From IMG/VR virus record IMGVR_UViG_3300038463_000401: a DNA stretch of 64,000 nucleotides; one strand, 5' to 3'. Below, piece after piece: positions 39,759 through 48,637 of the stretch; the first letter of the stretch is position 1, and each line of letters begins with the position of its first letter. A program made the translations under genes and the position numbers. A model generated the notes under the pieces. It searched no databases and had not been told where the DNA came from. It saw only the letters and a program-made list of their open reading frames with translations. Origin of the DNA: a virus.

Positions 39759-40082
39759 ATGGTGACGGACGTAAATAACGTGCTTATCGGCTTGAACGAA
39801 GTCGCTCTTCAACTCGTCAAAGGCATGAAAGACGGCGTGCTTGGCGATTTCGAAGCGTTCTGGTCTGCATACCAAAGCAACCCGGACTTCCAAGCGCGGC
39901 TGCAAACCGCCTATCAAAGCCTGGCCGCCTGCCCGGCCGAACTCTCCGGCCTTGGCGTCGGCGACTTCGTCACCCTCGCCGCGACGGAAGTCGGCTACAT
40001 CCCGCAGTTCATTGCCGCGCTGGCTCAGCCCGCTCCGGCCGCCGCGCCGACGCCGGCCGCTGATCCCGCTCCCGCAGCTTGA
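39759..40082 (+). CDS. Small helical hypothetical protein with Pro/Ala tail
   Basis: GGGGAGG RBS before ATG 39759; flanked by its own promoter-like element and a hairpin. Confidence 0.7.
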   Translation: MVTDVNNVLIGLNEVALQLVKGMKDGVLGDFEAFWSAYQSNPDFQARLQTAYQSLAACPAELSGLGVGDFVTLAATEVGYIPQFIAALAQPAPAAAPTPAADPAPAA

Positions 40083-40090
40083 TCGCCTAG

Positions 40091-40120
40091 CCTGCTTAGG
40101 GGTACCCTAGCCTAAGCAGG
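40091..40120 (+). terminator. Hairpin, probable terminator
   Basis: Perfect 10-bp inverted repeat CCTGCTTAGG / CCTAAGCAGG, followed by an interrupted T-rich tract. Confidence 0.55.
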
Positions 40121-40148
40121 CCATTGTTTCCTTTCAGGAGAAACGCCA

Positions 40149-40610
40149 GTGGTTCTTTCTCTCGATCAAGTGAACGCCGGCGTCCCCTTCCTCCCGGGGC
40201 GCGCTCGCTACAATATCGTGACGGATCGCAGCTCTACCTGGGTATCGCATACGATGGCCACGGGCGCTGCGCTTGACGGCACGTACACCCAGACTGCAAC
40301 TCAGTCTGACCCGACGCAGATCGACCCCGTCGTCACCGGCGGCGCCGCAGGATGGACGAACCTGACCCATGGCGGTCTCTTCACCATGCTCGCGGATACT
40401 GGCCGGGAGATCTTGATTGAGGGCTTTACTAACCAAGCAGGGGCTACATTCAGCACGGTTGACCAAAGCGGCAATGTGCTGCGGTCTACGCTAGACCTCT
40501 CGGTCTTGCCGGTTAAGCTTGCCCCCTACGAAACCATCAAAGCGACGGGCGGCGCCACCGGCGGTAAGGTCGCGTTCCTGGTCCGTTACGACTGGGCGAC
40601 GATCCTGTGA
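40149..40610 (+). CDS. Hypothetical beta-rich protein
   Basis: CAGGAG RBS; coupled to the next gene. Confidence 0.6.
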   Translation: MVLSLDQVNAGVPFLPGRARYNIVTDRSSTWVSHTMATGAALDGTYTQTATQSDPTQIDPVVTGGAAGWTNLTHGGLFTMLADTGREILIEGFTNQAGATFSTVDQSGNVLRSTLDLSVLPVKLAPYETIKATGGATGGKVAFLVRYDWATIL

Positions 40611-41215
40611 AATACCAAGGACAGCTAGCCCAAGTAGCGATCCGCCTCTTCGACACACTGGGCGTCCCCGTAACTGGGGTGCTTTACAGCGCGGTCACCG
40701 CGAAGATCTGGAAAGCCGGAACCTTGGGGTTTGTGCCCAAAACCCTAGCGTCCGCGGATTGGCTAGAACTCGGCTACGGCATCTACATCATCAACTTCTC
40801 CCCAACAGACATGAACACCCTGAGCACGTTTGCCTACTACCTGACTGGCGCGGGCTTTGTGCCATACTGGAACACCTTTGATGTTACACCGGCGCCGCTA
40901 AGCTTGCTGGCGAACACCCCCCTGTGTGTCGTCACCGGCAACGTCGTCGACCTAGGAGGCCAGTCCTTCTCGGATCAGAACCAGAACCTCGTGATCTCGT
41001 TCCGCATCGCGAACGTGCCGCAGTCGGTCGGTGGAACCAGCATCGTCTCTTCGAAGTTGCTGACGACGACTACCGACGCCTTTGGCAACTTCTCTGTCGC
41101 CATCTTGCAGGGCGCCGTGGTTATCGTGGAGATCGCCCCACTCGGTCTACGGCAGAAGATCACGATACCCGCGACGACAAGCGCAACTCTTCTTAGCCTT
41201 CTTCCCCCGTTTTGA
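40607..41215 (+). CDS. Hypothetical beta-sandwich protein, paralogous to the C-terminus of ORF 48634
   Basis: CVVTGNVVDL...GNFSVAILQGAVV.VEI versus CVVQGIVTDL...GRFNLPLLQGALV.IEI. Confidence 0.65.
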   Translation: MKYQGQLAQVAIRLFDTLGVPVTGVLYSAVTAKIWKAGTLGFVPKTLASADWLELGYGIYIINFSPTDMNTLSTFAYYLTGAGFVPYWNTFDVTPAPLSLLANTPLCVVTGNVVDLGGQSFSDQNQNLVISFRIANVPQSVGGTSIVSSKLLTTTTDAFGNFSVAILQGAVVIVEIAPLGLRQKITIPATTSATLLSLLPPF

Positions 41216-41238
41216 TAGCATGGGTACCAACCATAGCT

Positions 41239-41266
41239 AAAGAAAAACCGGGGGCCTATGCCGGTT
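41239..41266 (-). terminator. Intrinsic terminator for the minus-strand small ORF
   Basis: AACCGG/CCGGTT stem; reads TTTTTCTTT after the stem on the minus strand. Confidence 0.55.
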
Positions 41267-41290
41267 GTAAGGGTTATCGTGTGGACAGGA

Positions 41291-41434
41291 TTAGGTTGTT
41301 TGAGCAAATGTGCGGTTGACGAACAGAACGGCGAGAGCGCAAAGGCCTGCTCGCACGACATCCTTAGCAATAGCCTTAGCTGAAGGTTTGCAGGCTGAGA
41401 GCAGCGACAGGAACCAGGACCAGACCTTCTTCAT
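41291..41434 (-). CDS. Unannotated 47-aa membrane peptide / possible small lipoprotein
   Basis: Manual translation MKKVWSWFLSLLSACKPSAKAIAKDVVRAGLCALAVLFVNRTFAQTT; AAGGG RBS; downstream terminator. Confidence 0.6.
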   Translation of the reverse strand: MKKVWSWFLSLLSACKPSAKAIAKDVVRAGLCALAVLFVNRTFAQTT

Positions 41435-41465
41435 GACATGCCCTTAATTTATATGATATTCTTTC

Positions 41466-41480
41466 CAAGTTACTTATACC
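41466..41480 (+). promoter_or_regulatory. Candidate phage-specific promoter CAAG-TTA-CTTATACC
   Basis: Second copy of the motif, at a divergent junction 16 nt before ATG 41497. Confidence 0.6.
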
Positions 41481-41496
41481 CATAAAGGGACGGAAA

Positions 41497-42582
41497 ATGT
41501 TGAAGTTAGCTAATCAAGTCATCGACGCCTACGACGACGTCGAGCGCGAAGGCCTGAAGAAGCTGGCGGCGCTCGGACCGTCCATCCACTACATGACACC
41601 GGAAGAGCGCGGCGCGCTGCGCGACGGTGACTTTGCGTTATCTCTGATAACCAAGAAGGCATCGAAGCTCAACAAGTTCGCCATCGACTCCCACGACAAC
41701 ACCTGGCTGTCCAACCACTACTTCGACATGAACTGCCACAAGCTCCCCGAGACTGCCGCGAAGCTCGCGGCGGCCAACATCAAGACGGCGTGCGCGCGTC
41801 ATGGCATCGCTCCCATGCCGGCGGTTGTGATCTTTGCCGGAATGCACAAAGAGGCTGGCGCCGGCAATACCTTCTGCGAAGGCGCAGATACCAAGCTGGC
41901 CAAAGCCAACATCGTGCAAGTCGACTTGACCAAGCTCGCCAATGTCCACCAGATGGGCGAAAACTATACACACGCGCAGTACGCTATGCGCACTCCTGCT
42001 GCCGTGAAGATTGCCTCGAAGTACTTCGACGACAACCACAAGGAGATGCAAGTTGAGGCGCGCCACAAGTACGCCGCGGCCATCCAGCGAAGAGCACATG
42101 AGCTTGGGATGCCGGCTGAAAAGAGCATGGTCGGCAAATATGCCTCGGATCATTATAGTGGTCTTGTTGATGCTCATGTTCGCGCTCGGCTTTCCCTTCT
42201 TGATGAAAGCACAAATAAAGAGATTCTTTCGAAGATCGCGTCGATGCGCAGCGAGCTCAGCCCCACCGACTTCGCCCGCGCGCTCTACGGCTTCGACAAG
42301 AAGGCGGGATTGTCCCGTTATTACGGGTCGCATCTGACCGATCCGTTTCAAGCAACGTTCGCTGCCGAGCCGGACCAAAAGCCCTGGCGCGTCAAGGTCG
42401 GCTCCGCCTCGATGGGCCGGGACGACCTGAAGATGCTGGCTAACGAGAAGTACGCCAAGATCAAGGATTACTTCGGCTCAAGCGTTGCTGACGAGTTCCG
42501 CAAAGACCCTCAAAGCATCTTCGAATCTTTGCCGATGGACAGCAAAGAAGTCCTGGCGGGCATTTTCAATGGCACAGCCTGA
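41497..42582 (+). CDS. KxA-rich helical protein, putative head-internal/scaffold-type
   Basis: MLKLA start; KKLA, HKEA, TKLA (twice), VKIA, GKYA, SKIA. Confidence 0.55.
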   Translation: MLKLANQVIDAYDDVEREGLKKLAALGPSIHYMTPEERGALRDGDFALSLITKKASKLNKFAIDSHDNTWLSNHYFDMNCHKLPETAAKLAAANIKTACARHGIAPMPAVVIFAGMHKEAGAGNTFCEGADTKLAKANIVQVDLTKLANVHQMGENYTHAQYAMRTPAAVKIASKYFDDNHKEMQVEARHKYAAAIQRRAHELGMPAEKSMVGKYASDHYSGLVDAHVRARLSLLDESTNKEILSKIASMRSELSPTDFARALYGFDKKAGLSRYYGSHLTDPFQATFAAEPDQKPWRVKVGSASMGRDDLKMLANEKYAKIKDYFGSSVADEFRKDPQSIFESLPMDSKEVLAGIFNGTA

Positions 42583-43273
42583 GGTCAACGACCCCAAAGG
42601 GCTGGACGCCCTGCGCACAGCCAAGGCCGCGGTCAAGTTCGCAGAGAACCCGCAGAAGGCAGTCGTGCGCGCCATCGTCCGCTCTGCTCTTGAAAAGAAC
42701 GGTGGGCTTTCCCCGTTGAAGATATTTTCAATGTTGAACGACCACTACGGCCACGAGTGGTGGGACTGGGAGCCCGAGACCATCTGGTCAACACTCGCCG
42801 CACAGCACGGCCTGGCAATTACGCCAGAGCTGCGTAACATCGTCGGCGCCCTTCAAACTACGCTGAACACCAACTTCGCGTTCGAGCTCTGGCACGTCTT
42901 TGAAAAGACCGGGCTGGCCTTCAATCTGCATCACGTCGACCCTGACGTGGTGCAGCCGCTCGAGCCGAATGAAGCCTCGCTCACAATTTTCATCCTAAAA
43001 ATGCTGAGGCCGAAGCTTGACTTCGAGCCCGATGTGCTTGGCTATGTTGCCGCGCTGTGCCACGAGGCCGGCCTGGTCTATGCTCCGCCTGAGCTCTTCG
43101 GCCCCGTTGGCGCGCAAGGCTGGCTGGAGAAGATTGCCCCCGACCATAGCGGAGTTGGACACCAAACCGCGATGGCCTGGCCGCGCAAGCCTAGCGAAAG
43201 CGACCCGCCTGCGCTTAGAATACAGCTGGCCCGGCTCCATGAGATTAAAGACTATGTAAAAGCGAGGTTATAA
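42569..43273 (+). CDS. Hypothetical helical protein
   Basis: ATG 42569 overlapping the upstream gene end preferred over 42485; stop coupled to the next start. Confidence 0.6.
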   Translation: MAQPEVNDPKGLDALRTAKAAVKFAENPQKAVVRAIVRSALEKNGGLSPLKIFSMLNDHYGHEWWDWEPETIWSTLAAQHGLAITPELRNIVGALQTTLNTNFAFELWHVFEKTGLAFNLHHVDPDVVQPLEPNEASLTIFILKMLRPKLDFEPDVLGYVAALCHEAGLVYAPPELFGPVGAQGWLEKIAPDHSGVGHQTAMAWPRKPSESDPPALRIQLARLHEIKDYVKARL

Positions 43274-45459
43274 TGCGCAAGCTCTTACTGGCCCTGGCCA
43301 TCCTTGGCTTCGCTCCTACCGCGATGGCGGACACACCACCAGCACGAGTTATCAATGCTGAAGCATACGATGCTGCGGGTAACCCTATCGGCAGCACCAG
43401 CGGCAGCCTCAACGTCAACGTGACGAATCCGACTGGTCTGCCTGCGGGGGCGTCGACCGCCACGCTTCAGACCGCGGGGAACACCACGCTATCCTCGATT
43501 GACACCGCGCTCAGCTCGGTTTCGACCGCGGCCAATCAGGCGTCTGAAATAACCTACCTCAACGACATCAACGGTAAGATCTCGGCCTTCAACTTGAACA
43601 CGAGCGGCGCCGAATACGACCAGGGCGTGTCGCTGCGCTTCGCCTCCCCTGGTGGCTCAATCCCGGCCGGTGTCGATGCAAACCCCCTGCGCGTAGACCC
43701 CACTGGAACGACGACTCAGCCCGTAAGTGCCGATTCGCTTCCGCTGCCTACTGGAGCGGCAACGGAGTCGACGCTCTCCACCCTCAATGGGAAGCTGACG
43801 ACAACGTCGAATGGGATCAAGGTGGACGGCTCAGCGACAACCCAACCAATCTCGGCCTCCGCGCTACCTTTACCGACGGGTGCCTCAACTGATGCCACGC
43901 TCAGCGCCCTCAGCGCCAAGCTAGGCACGCTCGGGCAGAAGGCCATGGCGGGCTCGGCCCCGGTCGTGATCGCCTCTGACCAGGCACCCATCCCGGTGTC
44001 CGGTACGTTCAGTGCCACGAACCCGTCCATTGCCACGAACGGCTCGGCCATCCCGGCGAGCTCTACCCAGGTGGGCGGCAAAGACAACTCAGGCAACCTC
44101 CAGCCACTTCAGCTGACGTCCACCAAAGCCCTGATCGTGGACGCCTCGGCCACCACGCAGCCCGTCAGCGGGACGTTCTGGCAGGCCACGCAGCCTGTCT
44201 CAGGAACGATCGCCGTCTCGAACCTCCCCGTCACTCAGCCGGTGAGTGTAGCAAGTCTGCCTCTGCCAGCGGGTGCGGCAACGTCCGCCCTACAAAGCAC
44301 GGGGAACACCTCGCTCTCCGACATCGACACCAAGCTCCCTGCGCTTGTCAGCAGCCGTGTCCCCGTGGACGGATCTGGCGTAACTCAGCCAGTTAGTGGC
44401 ACGTTTTGGCAGACGACACAGCCCGTAAGTGGCACGGTCACGGTCAACCAGGGAACGGCTGGCGCCTCGGCTTGGAAGGTAGACGGGTCCGCAGTGACGC
44501 AGCCTGTCTCCGGCACCTTCTGGCAGGCCACGCAGCCCGTCAGTGGCACCGTGACGGCCAACGCCGGCACAGGGACGTTCGCGGTCAGCGCCGCGAGCCT
44601 CCCGCTTCCGACCGGTGCCTCGACGGCGGCTAAGCAGCCAGCGCTCGGCACGGCGGGTACGGCCTCCACAGATGTCATCACGGTGCAGGGCATCGCGTCC
44701 ATGACCGCTCTGAAGGTGGATGGCTCAGCTGTTACCCAGCCCGTCTCCGGTACCTTCTGGCAGTCGACCCAGCCGGTGAGCGCGGCGAGCTTGCCTCTGC
44801 CAGCCGGTGCGGCCACCAGTGCGCTGCAAACGACCGGCAATACGTCCCTCTCCGACATCGACACGAAGACGGCAACGCTCGTCAGTGGTCGCGTGCCAGT
44901 TGACGGGTCCGGTGTGACCCAGCCCGTGAGCGGGACGTTTTGGCAGGCCACCCAGCCCGTCAGCGGCTCAGTCAGCGTGTCCAATTTCCCTGGCTCGCAG
45001 GCGGTCACTGGGACCTTCTGGCAGTCCACGCAGCCGGTGAGCCTGGCAACCGTCCCACTGCCCTCGGGAGCGGCCACGTCCGCCAATCAGGCGACGGAAA
45101 TCTCGTCGCTGTCGTCGATCGCGGCCTCGGTGGCGGCGCCCCAGGCAAGTCCGGTGGGCCGGAGCTATGCCGACAGCATTAGGAACGTCTACAGTTCGAC
45201 GACGGTCGGGACGGTCAGTTGGGTGCAGGTGAGTGCCTCCACGGCCGCCACCATGAATGTCGTGTCGATCTTCGACAGCTGCGGGCAGGTCCTGGAGCTT
45301 GGTGTTGGTGCCCTGGGCAGCGAGGTGCGGAAGACGCTCATCCCGCCCGGCGGCCTCTACAACTGGCCCCTTCTGATCCCAGGAGGCTCGCGCATATCGC
45401 TGCGGGCGGTAAGCGCGACGTGCTCCAAAGGAGAATTTGACATGACGGGTCTCAATTGA
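43273..45459 (+). CDS. Signal-peptide repeat-rich fibre-like protein
   Basis: MRKLLLALAILGFAPTAMA; repeated TQPVSGTFWQ.TQPVS and LPLP.GAATSA.Q.TGNTSL units. Confidence 0.75.
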   Translation: MRKLLLALAILGFAPTAMADTPPARVINAEAYDAAGNPIGSTSGSLNVNVTNPTGLPAGASTATLQTAGNTTLSSIDTALSSVSTAANQASEITYLNDINGKISAFNLNTSGAEYDQGVSLRFASPGGSIPAGVDANPLRVDPTGTTTQPVSADSLPLPTGAATESTLSTLNGKLTTTSNGIKVDGSATTQPISASALPLPTGASTDATLSALSAKLGTLGQKAMAGSAPVVIASDQAPIPVSGTFSATNPSIATNGSAIPASSTQVGGKDNSGNLQPLQLTSTKALIVDASATTQPVSGTFWQATQPVSGTIAVSNLPVTQPVSVASLPLPAGAATSALQSTGNTSLSDIDTKLPALVSSRVPVDGSGVTQPVSGTFWQTTQPVSGTVTVNQGTAGASAWKVDGSAVTQPVSGTFWQATQPVSGTVTANAGTGTFAVSAASLPLPTGASTAAKQPALGTAGTASTDVITVQGIASMTALKVDGSAVTQPVSGTFWQSTQPVSAASLPLPAGAATSALQTTGNTSLSDIDTKTATLVSGRVPVDGSGVTQPVSGTFWQATQPVSGSVSVSNFPGSQAVTGTFWQSTQPVSLATVPLPSGAATSANQATEISSLSSIAASVAAPQASPVGRSYADSIRNVYSSTTVGTVSWVQVSASTAATMNVVSIFDSCGQVLELGVGALGSEVRKTLIPPGGLYNWPLLIPGGSRISLRAVSATCSKGEFDMTGLN

Positions 45460-47744
45460 AGAAAAATCTGCTGCTTGGCCTGATGGCGTTCTTCAGCGCG
45501 ACTGTTGCCTTGGGACAGGGCAACCCGGCCTATTACGCCGGCTCGCTCATGCAGATCTATCCGACGACAGGCATTTACCTGGACACGAGCCGCACCCTGC
45601 GGTTGGGGTCCGACAACGGCACGAACTATGTCGAGCTTGGCGCTCCGACGGGCATGTCAAGCAATTGGAGCTTAACGATGCCATCGACAGCCGGAAGCTC
45701 CGGGCTCCCATTGGTCACCGATGGTTCAGGCAATGCGTCTTGGAGCCTGGGAAATCAATCGTCGGCGTTAACAAGCGGGTACCTGTCTTCTACCGACTGG
45801 AACACGTTCAACAATAAGCAAAGCTCTCTGACTTTTGGGTCAATCAGTACGACCACAACAGGCGTGACGATCGGCAGCGGAAACAACTCTACGGTCGGGC
45901 CTAATGTCACAGTGAACATTCAAACGGCGAGCACGTCTCAGCCAGGCATTTTGGCTGCGGCAGATTGGAATACGTTTAATAATAAACAGCCATCCGGGAA
46001 CTATATCACTGCGCTGACAGGCAACGTGGTGGCGAATGGACCGGGTAGCGTGAGCGCTACCATTCAGGCCAACGTAGTTTCAAACTCGATGTTGTCGCAA
46101 ATGGCGACCAACACCATCAAGGGTAACAACACCGGATCGACCGCCAACGCTGCTGACCTGACCACGGCGCAAGTCGCGGCCATCTTACCAGCGTTTATTG
46201 GTGATAGCGGCGCCGGCGGAACACAAGGCCTTGTTCCTGCTCCTCCGACTGCCTCGCGGCAATATGCCGACTACCTATCGGCCAGCGGAAGCTGGGCATA
46301 TGTCGATCAAGCTCAGCCGATATACCCGGCGTTCAGCTTTGTAAATCAGACAGCGTCACCGCTGACAGCCACAAAATATGAAAACGTCGCTGTCTATACT
46401 GGCATTGATGGGTACAAGCAATACGCTGCGATTGTCGCTGGCGGCGGTACTGGTACTCTTTTTATCTACGACGTGACCGATCCAAATATCCCTGTGTACA
46501 TCAACAAAATTGTATTGTCGGGGGCATACAATTTATCCATTGCCACAATATCTGGATCGGTTTACGCGTTCATTCCTTCTAGTGGTGGATCGACTCTTTA
46601 CATTGAAAACATCACAAACCCATATTCGATCAGCACCTATTCGAGCCTTGCCTTAAGTGGTAGCCCAGGTGCTCTATACTCTTGCCAATACGCCAACGGG
46701 TATGTCTATGTCGCAACACAAAACAAGGGATTGACGGTCGTAGACGTTGGCGGTGGACTGGCTGGCGGCACACTTGCCGTGCCAATCCAAAGCTTCCAAG
46801 AGGGTGGCACAACCAACAAAACAGCGGGCGTCGCCGTCAGCGGAAACTACGTTTACACAACCAACTATCAAACGAGCTTTCCTGCCACCGTTCGATATTT
46901 TAAAACCTGGGAACTAGCGGCAGGCGGCGGCACTCTTGCCGTACCGTTTCTTGCCAATACGTTCACCGTCGCTGGTGGTCCGACAGGAACTTCAAGTAAG
47001 CCTCAGGGAGTTTCGATCAGTTCGAGCGGCACGACGGCCTTTGTCACCGACGGAAATCAGTCAGTTTACGATATTATTGATATCACCACGCCGACCAGCC
47101 CAGTCTATTTGACGTATGTGACACCCACTTTTCCAACGGTCCCCAACAACACGCTCGGCGTGGCCATTCAGAGCGGAAACTACCTTTATATTTCAAGTGG
47201 AGCCAATGCCACATACGGCGGCGCCATAGACTTCTTTGACATCACGAATAGATCTAGTCCGGTAAAAATCAGTACGGTTTACAACAACGACCCTTCGTCG
47301 CCATTTGGCGGCATCGCACTGGCCAATGGGTACATTTACGTTGCCGACTACGGTTCTGCAGCTGGTTTAAGTTATCTCGATATCTTCACTCAGCCTCAGA
47401 TGAGCGTTCCATTTGGCAATCAAGTCGGTTCAACACTTTCTGTAAAAGGACTCACTGAGGGAATAACTCCAGTGACGGCCTCCTATACAGCGCTTACCAC
47501 CGACACCACGATCATGGCCAACGCATCGGCGGCCGCCTACACGGTCACGCTTCCAACTGCGGTAGGAATAGCTGGTAAGATCTACAACATAAAGAAAACC
47601 GACAGCAGTGCCAACGCCGTGACTGTTGGAACGACTTCGTCTCAAAACATCGAAGGCAGCACGACATATTCATTATCTGTGCAGTATAAATATGTTGACG
47701 TGATAAGCGACGGAACGCAGTGGTGGGTGATTGGAAACAATTAA
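45456..47744 (+). CDS. Signal-peptide protein with fibre stalk and LVIVD-like beta-propeller
   Basis: MKKNLLLGLMAFFSATVALG (TTG start); two DWNTFNNKQ repeats; repeats such as LFIYDVTDP, YVYVA..GLTVVDV, YIYVAD...LSYLDI; C-terminal TLP...IKKTD...IEG...DGTQW domain. Confidence 0.75.
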   Translation: MKKNLLLGLMAFFSATVALGQGNPAYYAGSLMQIYPTTGIYLDTSRTLRLGSDNGTNYVELGAPTGMSSNWSLTMPSTAGSSGLPLVTDGSGNASWSLGNQSSALTSGYLSSTDWNTFNNKQSSLTFGSISTTTTGVTIGSGNNSTVGPNVTVNIQTASTSQPGILAAADWNTFNNKQPSGNYITALTGNVVANGPGSVSATIQANVVSNSMLSQMATNTIKGNNTGSTANAADLTTAQVAAILPAFIGDSGAGGTQGLVPAPPTASRQYADYLSASGSWAYVDQAQPIYPAFSFVNQTASPLTATKYENVAVYTGIDGYKQYAAIVAGGGTGTLFIYDVTDPNIPVYINKIVLSGAYNLSIATISGSVYAFIPSSGGSTLYIENITNPYSISTYSSLALSGSPGALYSCQYANGYVYVATQNKGLTVVDVGGGLAGGTLAVPIQSFQEGGTTNKTAGVAVSGNYVYTTNYQTSFPATVRYFKTWELAAGGGTLAVPFLANTFTVAGGPTGTSSKPQGVSISSSGTTAFVTDGNQSVYDIIDITTPTSPVYLTYVTPTFPTVPNNTLGVAIQSGNYLYISSGANATYGGAIDFFDITNRSSPVKISTVYNNDPSSPFGGIALANGYIYVADYGSAAGLSYLDIFTQPQMSVPFGNQVGSTLSVKGLTEGITPVTASYTALTTDTTIMANASAAAYTVTLPTAVGIAGKIYNIKKTDSSANAVTVGTTSSQNIEGSTTYSLSVQYKYVDVISDGTQWWVIGNN

Positions 47745-47765
47745 ATACCTTAGCAAGGGGCTAAA

Positions 47766-48365
47766 GTGCAAGTCGTACCCGCTGGAGTGCTCTTACCCTT
47801 TGAGGTGTCGTCTTATGATGACCAGGGCGATCTCTTCCCCCTGCTCATCATCTATGACACCTCAACGGGTACGCCTGTTTTCCTTGAGACGATCGCGATG
47901 ACCGCGGTGCTGGGGGGCACCTACGTCGCGTTCTTCAGCCCCGTGGGCGGCAAGAGCTACCTGCTGAGAAAGGCGTTCTACACCGACGACACCTATGCCA
48001 CCCTGGACCCGCTCCGCTCCCCCGCGAGTGAGACCATCTACGCAGAGGCGGGATCCGGCGAATCCTCCACCTACACCAACGAGATGTCAACCGCCTACAA
48101 CAACCTCACGCTCACCCAAGAGGTGATAGCTTGGGCGACTCAGGACGGGCAGAGCGTCAGCGGAACGGACTGCACAGTCACCATCAAAGACTCGGCGGGC
48201 ACAACGGTCTGGACGGCCACGTTGGCTGACCCCAATGGTGACGGGGTGTTCCTCTTCAGCAAAGTCATCGCGTTAACCGCGAACGAAGACTACTATGTCG
48301 TGGTGTCGATCACCGTTGACGGCGCGGTACGGACGAATATCAGACCCTTCATGACGGTTGGTTAA
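47766..48365 (+). CDS. Hypothetical beta-sandwich virion protein
   Basis: Tiles in the operon before the portal-like gene. Confidence 0.6.
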   Translation: MQVVPAGVLLPFEVSSYDDQGDLFPLLIIYDTSTGTPVFLETIAMTAVLGGTYVAFFSPVGGKSYLLRKAFYTDDTYATLDPLRSPASETIYAEAGSGESSTYTNEMSTAYNNLTLTQEVIAWATQDGQSVSGTDCTVTIKDSAGTTVWTATLADPNGDGVFLFSKVIALTANEDYYVVVSITVDGAVRTNIRPFMTVG

Positions 48366-48637
48366 TGAGCAACAACCTCACCCTTACGGGCGTGTCGACT
48401 TTAAAGACCACCTACGACTTCACGAGCGTACCTGGTCAGCTTACGATCACGCTTACTGATATGGCCGGCCCTACGGTCGTCGGCACAATCGTTCTAGAAA
48501 CCGAGAAGCACCGCGCGCTCATGGAGGCCCTGAGCGGCAACGCTGAATCCTTCGACGCACCCAACGACCCCATTCTGTTGAAGCGCAGGACGCTCCTCGA
48601 CCTCAACCAAGCCACGGCGACGACGGTGTTTTCATGA
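48365..48637 (+). CDS. Small hypothetical protein
   Basis: Translationally coupled on both sides. Confidence 0.6.
   Translation: MSNNLTLTGVSTLKTTYDFTSVPGQLTITLTDMAGPTVVGTIVLETEKHRALMEALSGNAESFDAPNDPILLKRRTLLDLNQATATTVFS

Noticed and set aside
43700-45110. Repeats as a CRISPR array
   Set aside because: They are in-frame coding repeats with synonymous variation and no constant repeat-spacer period.
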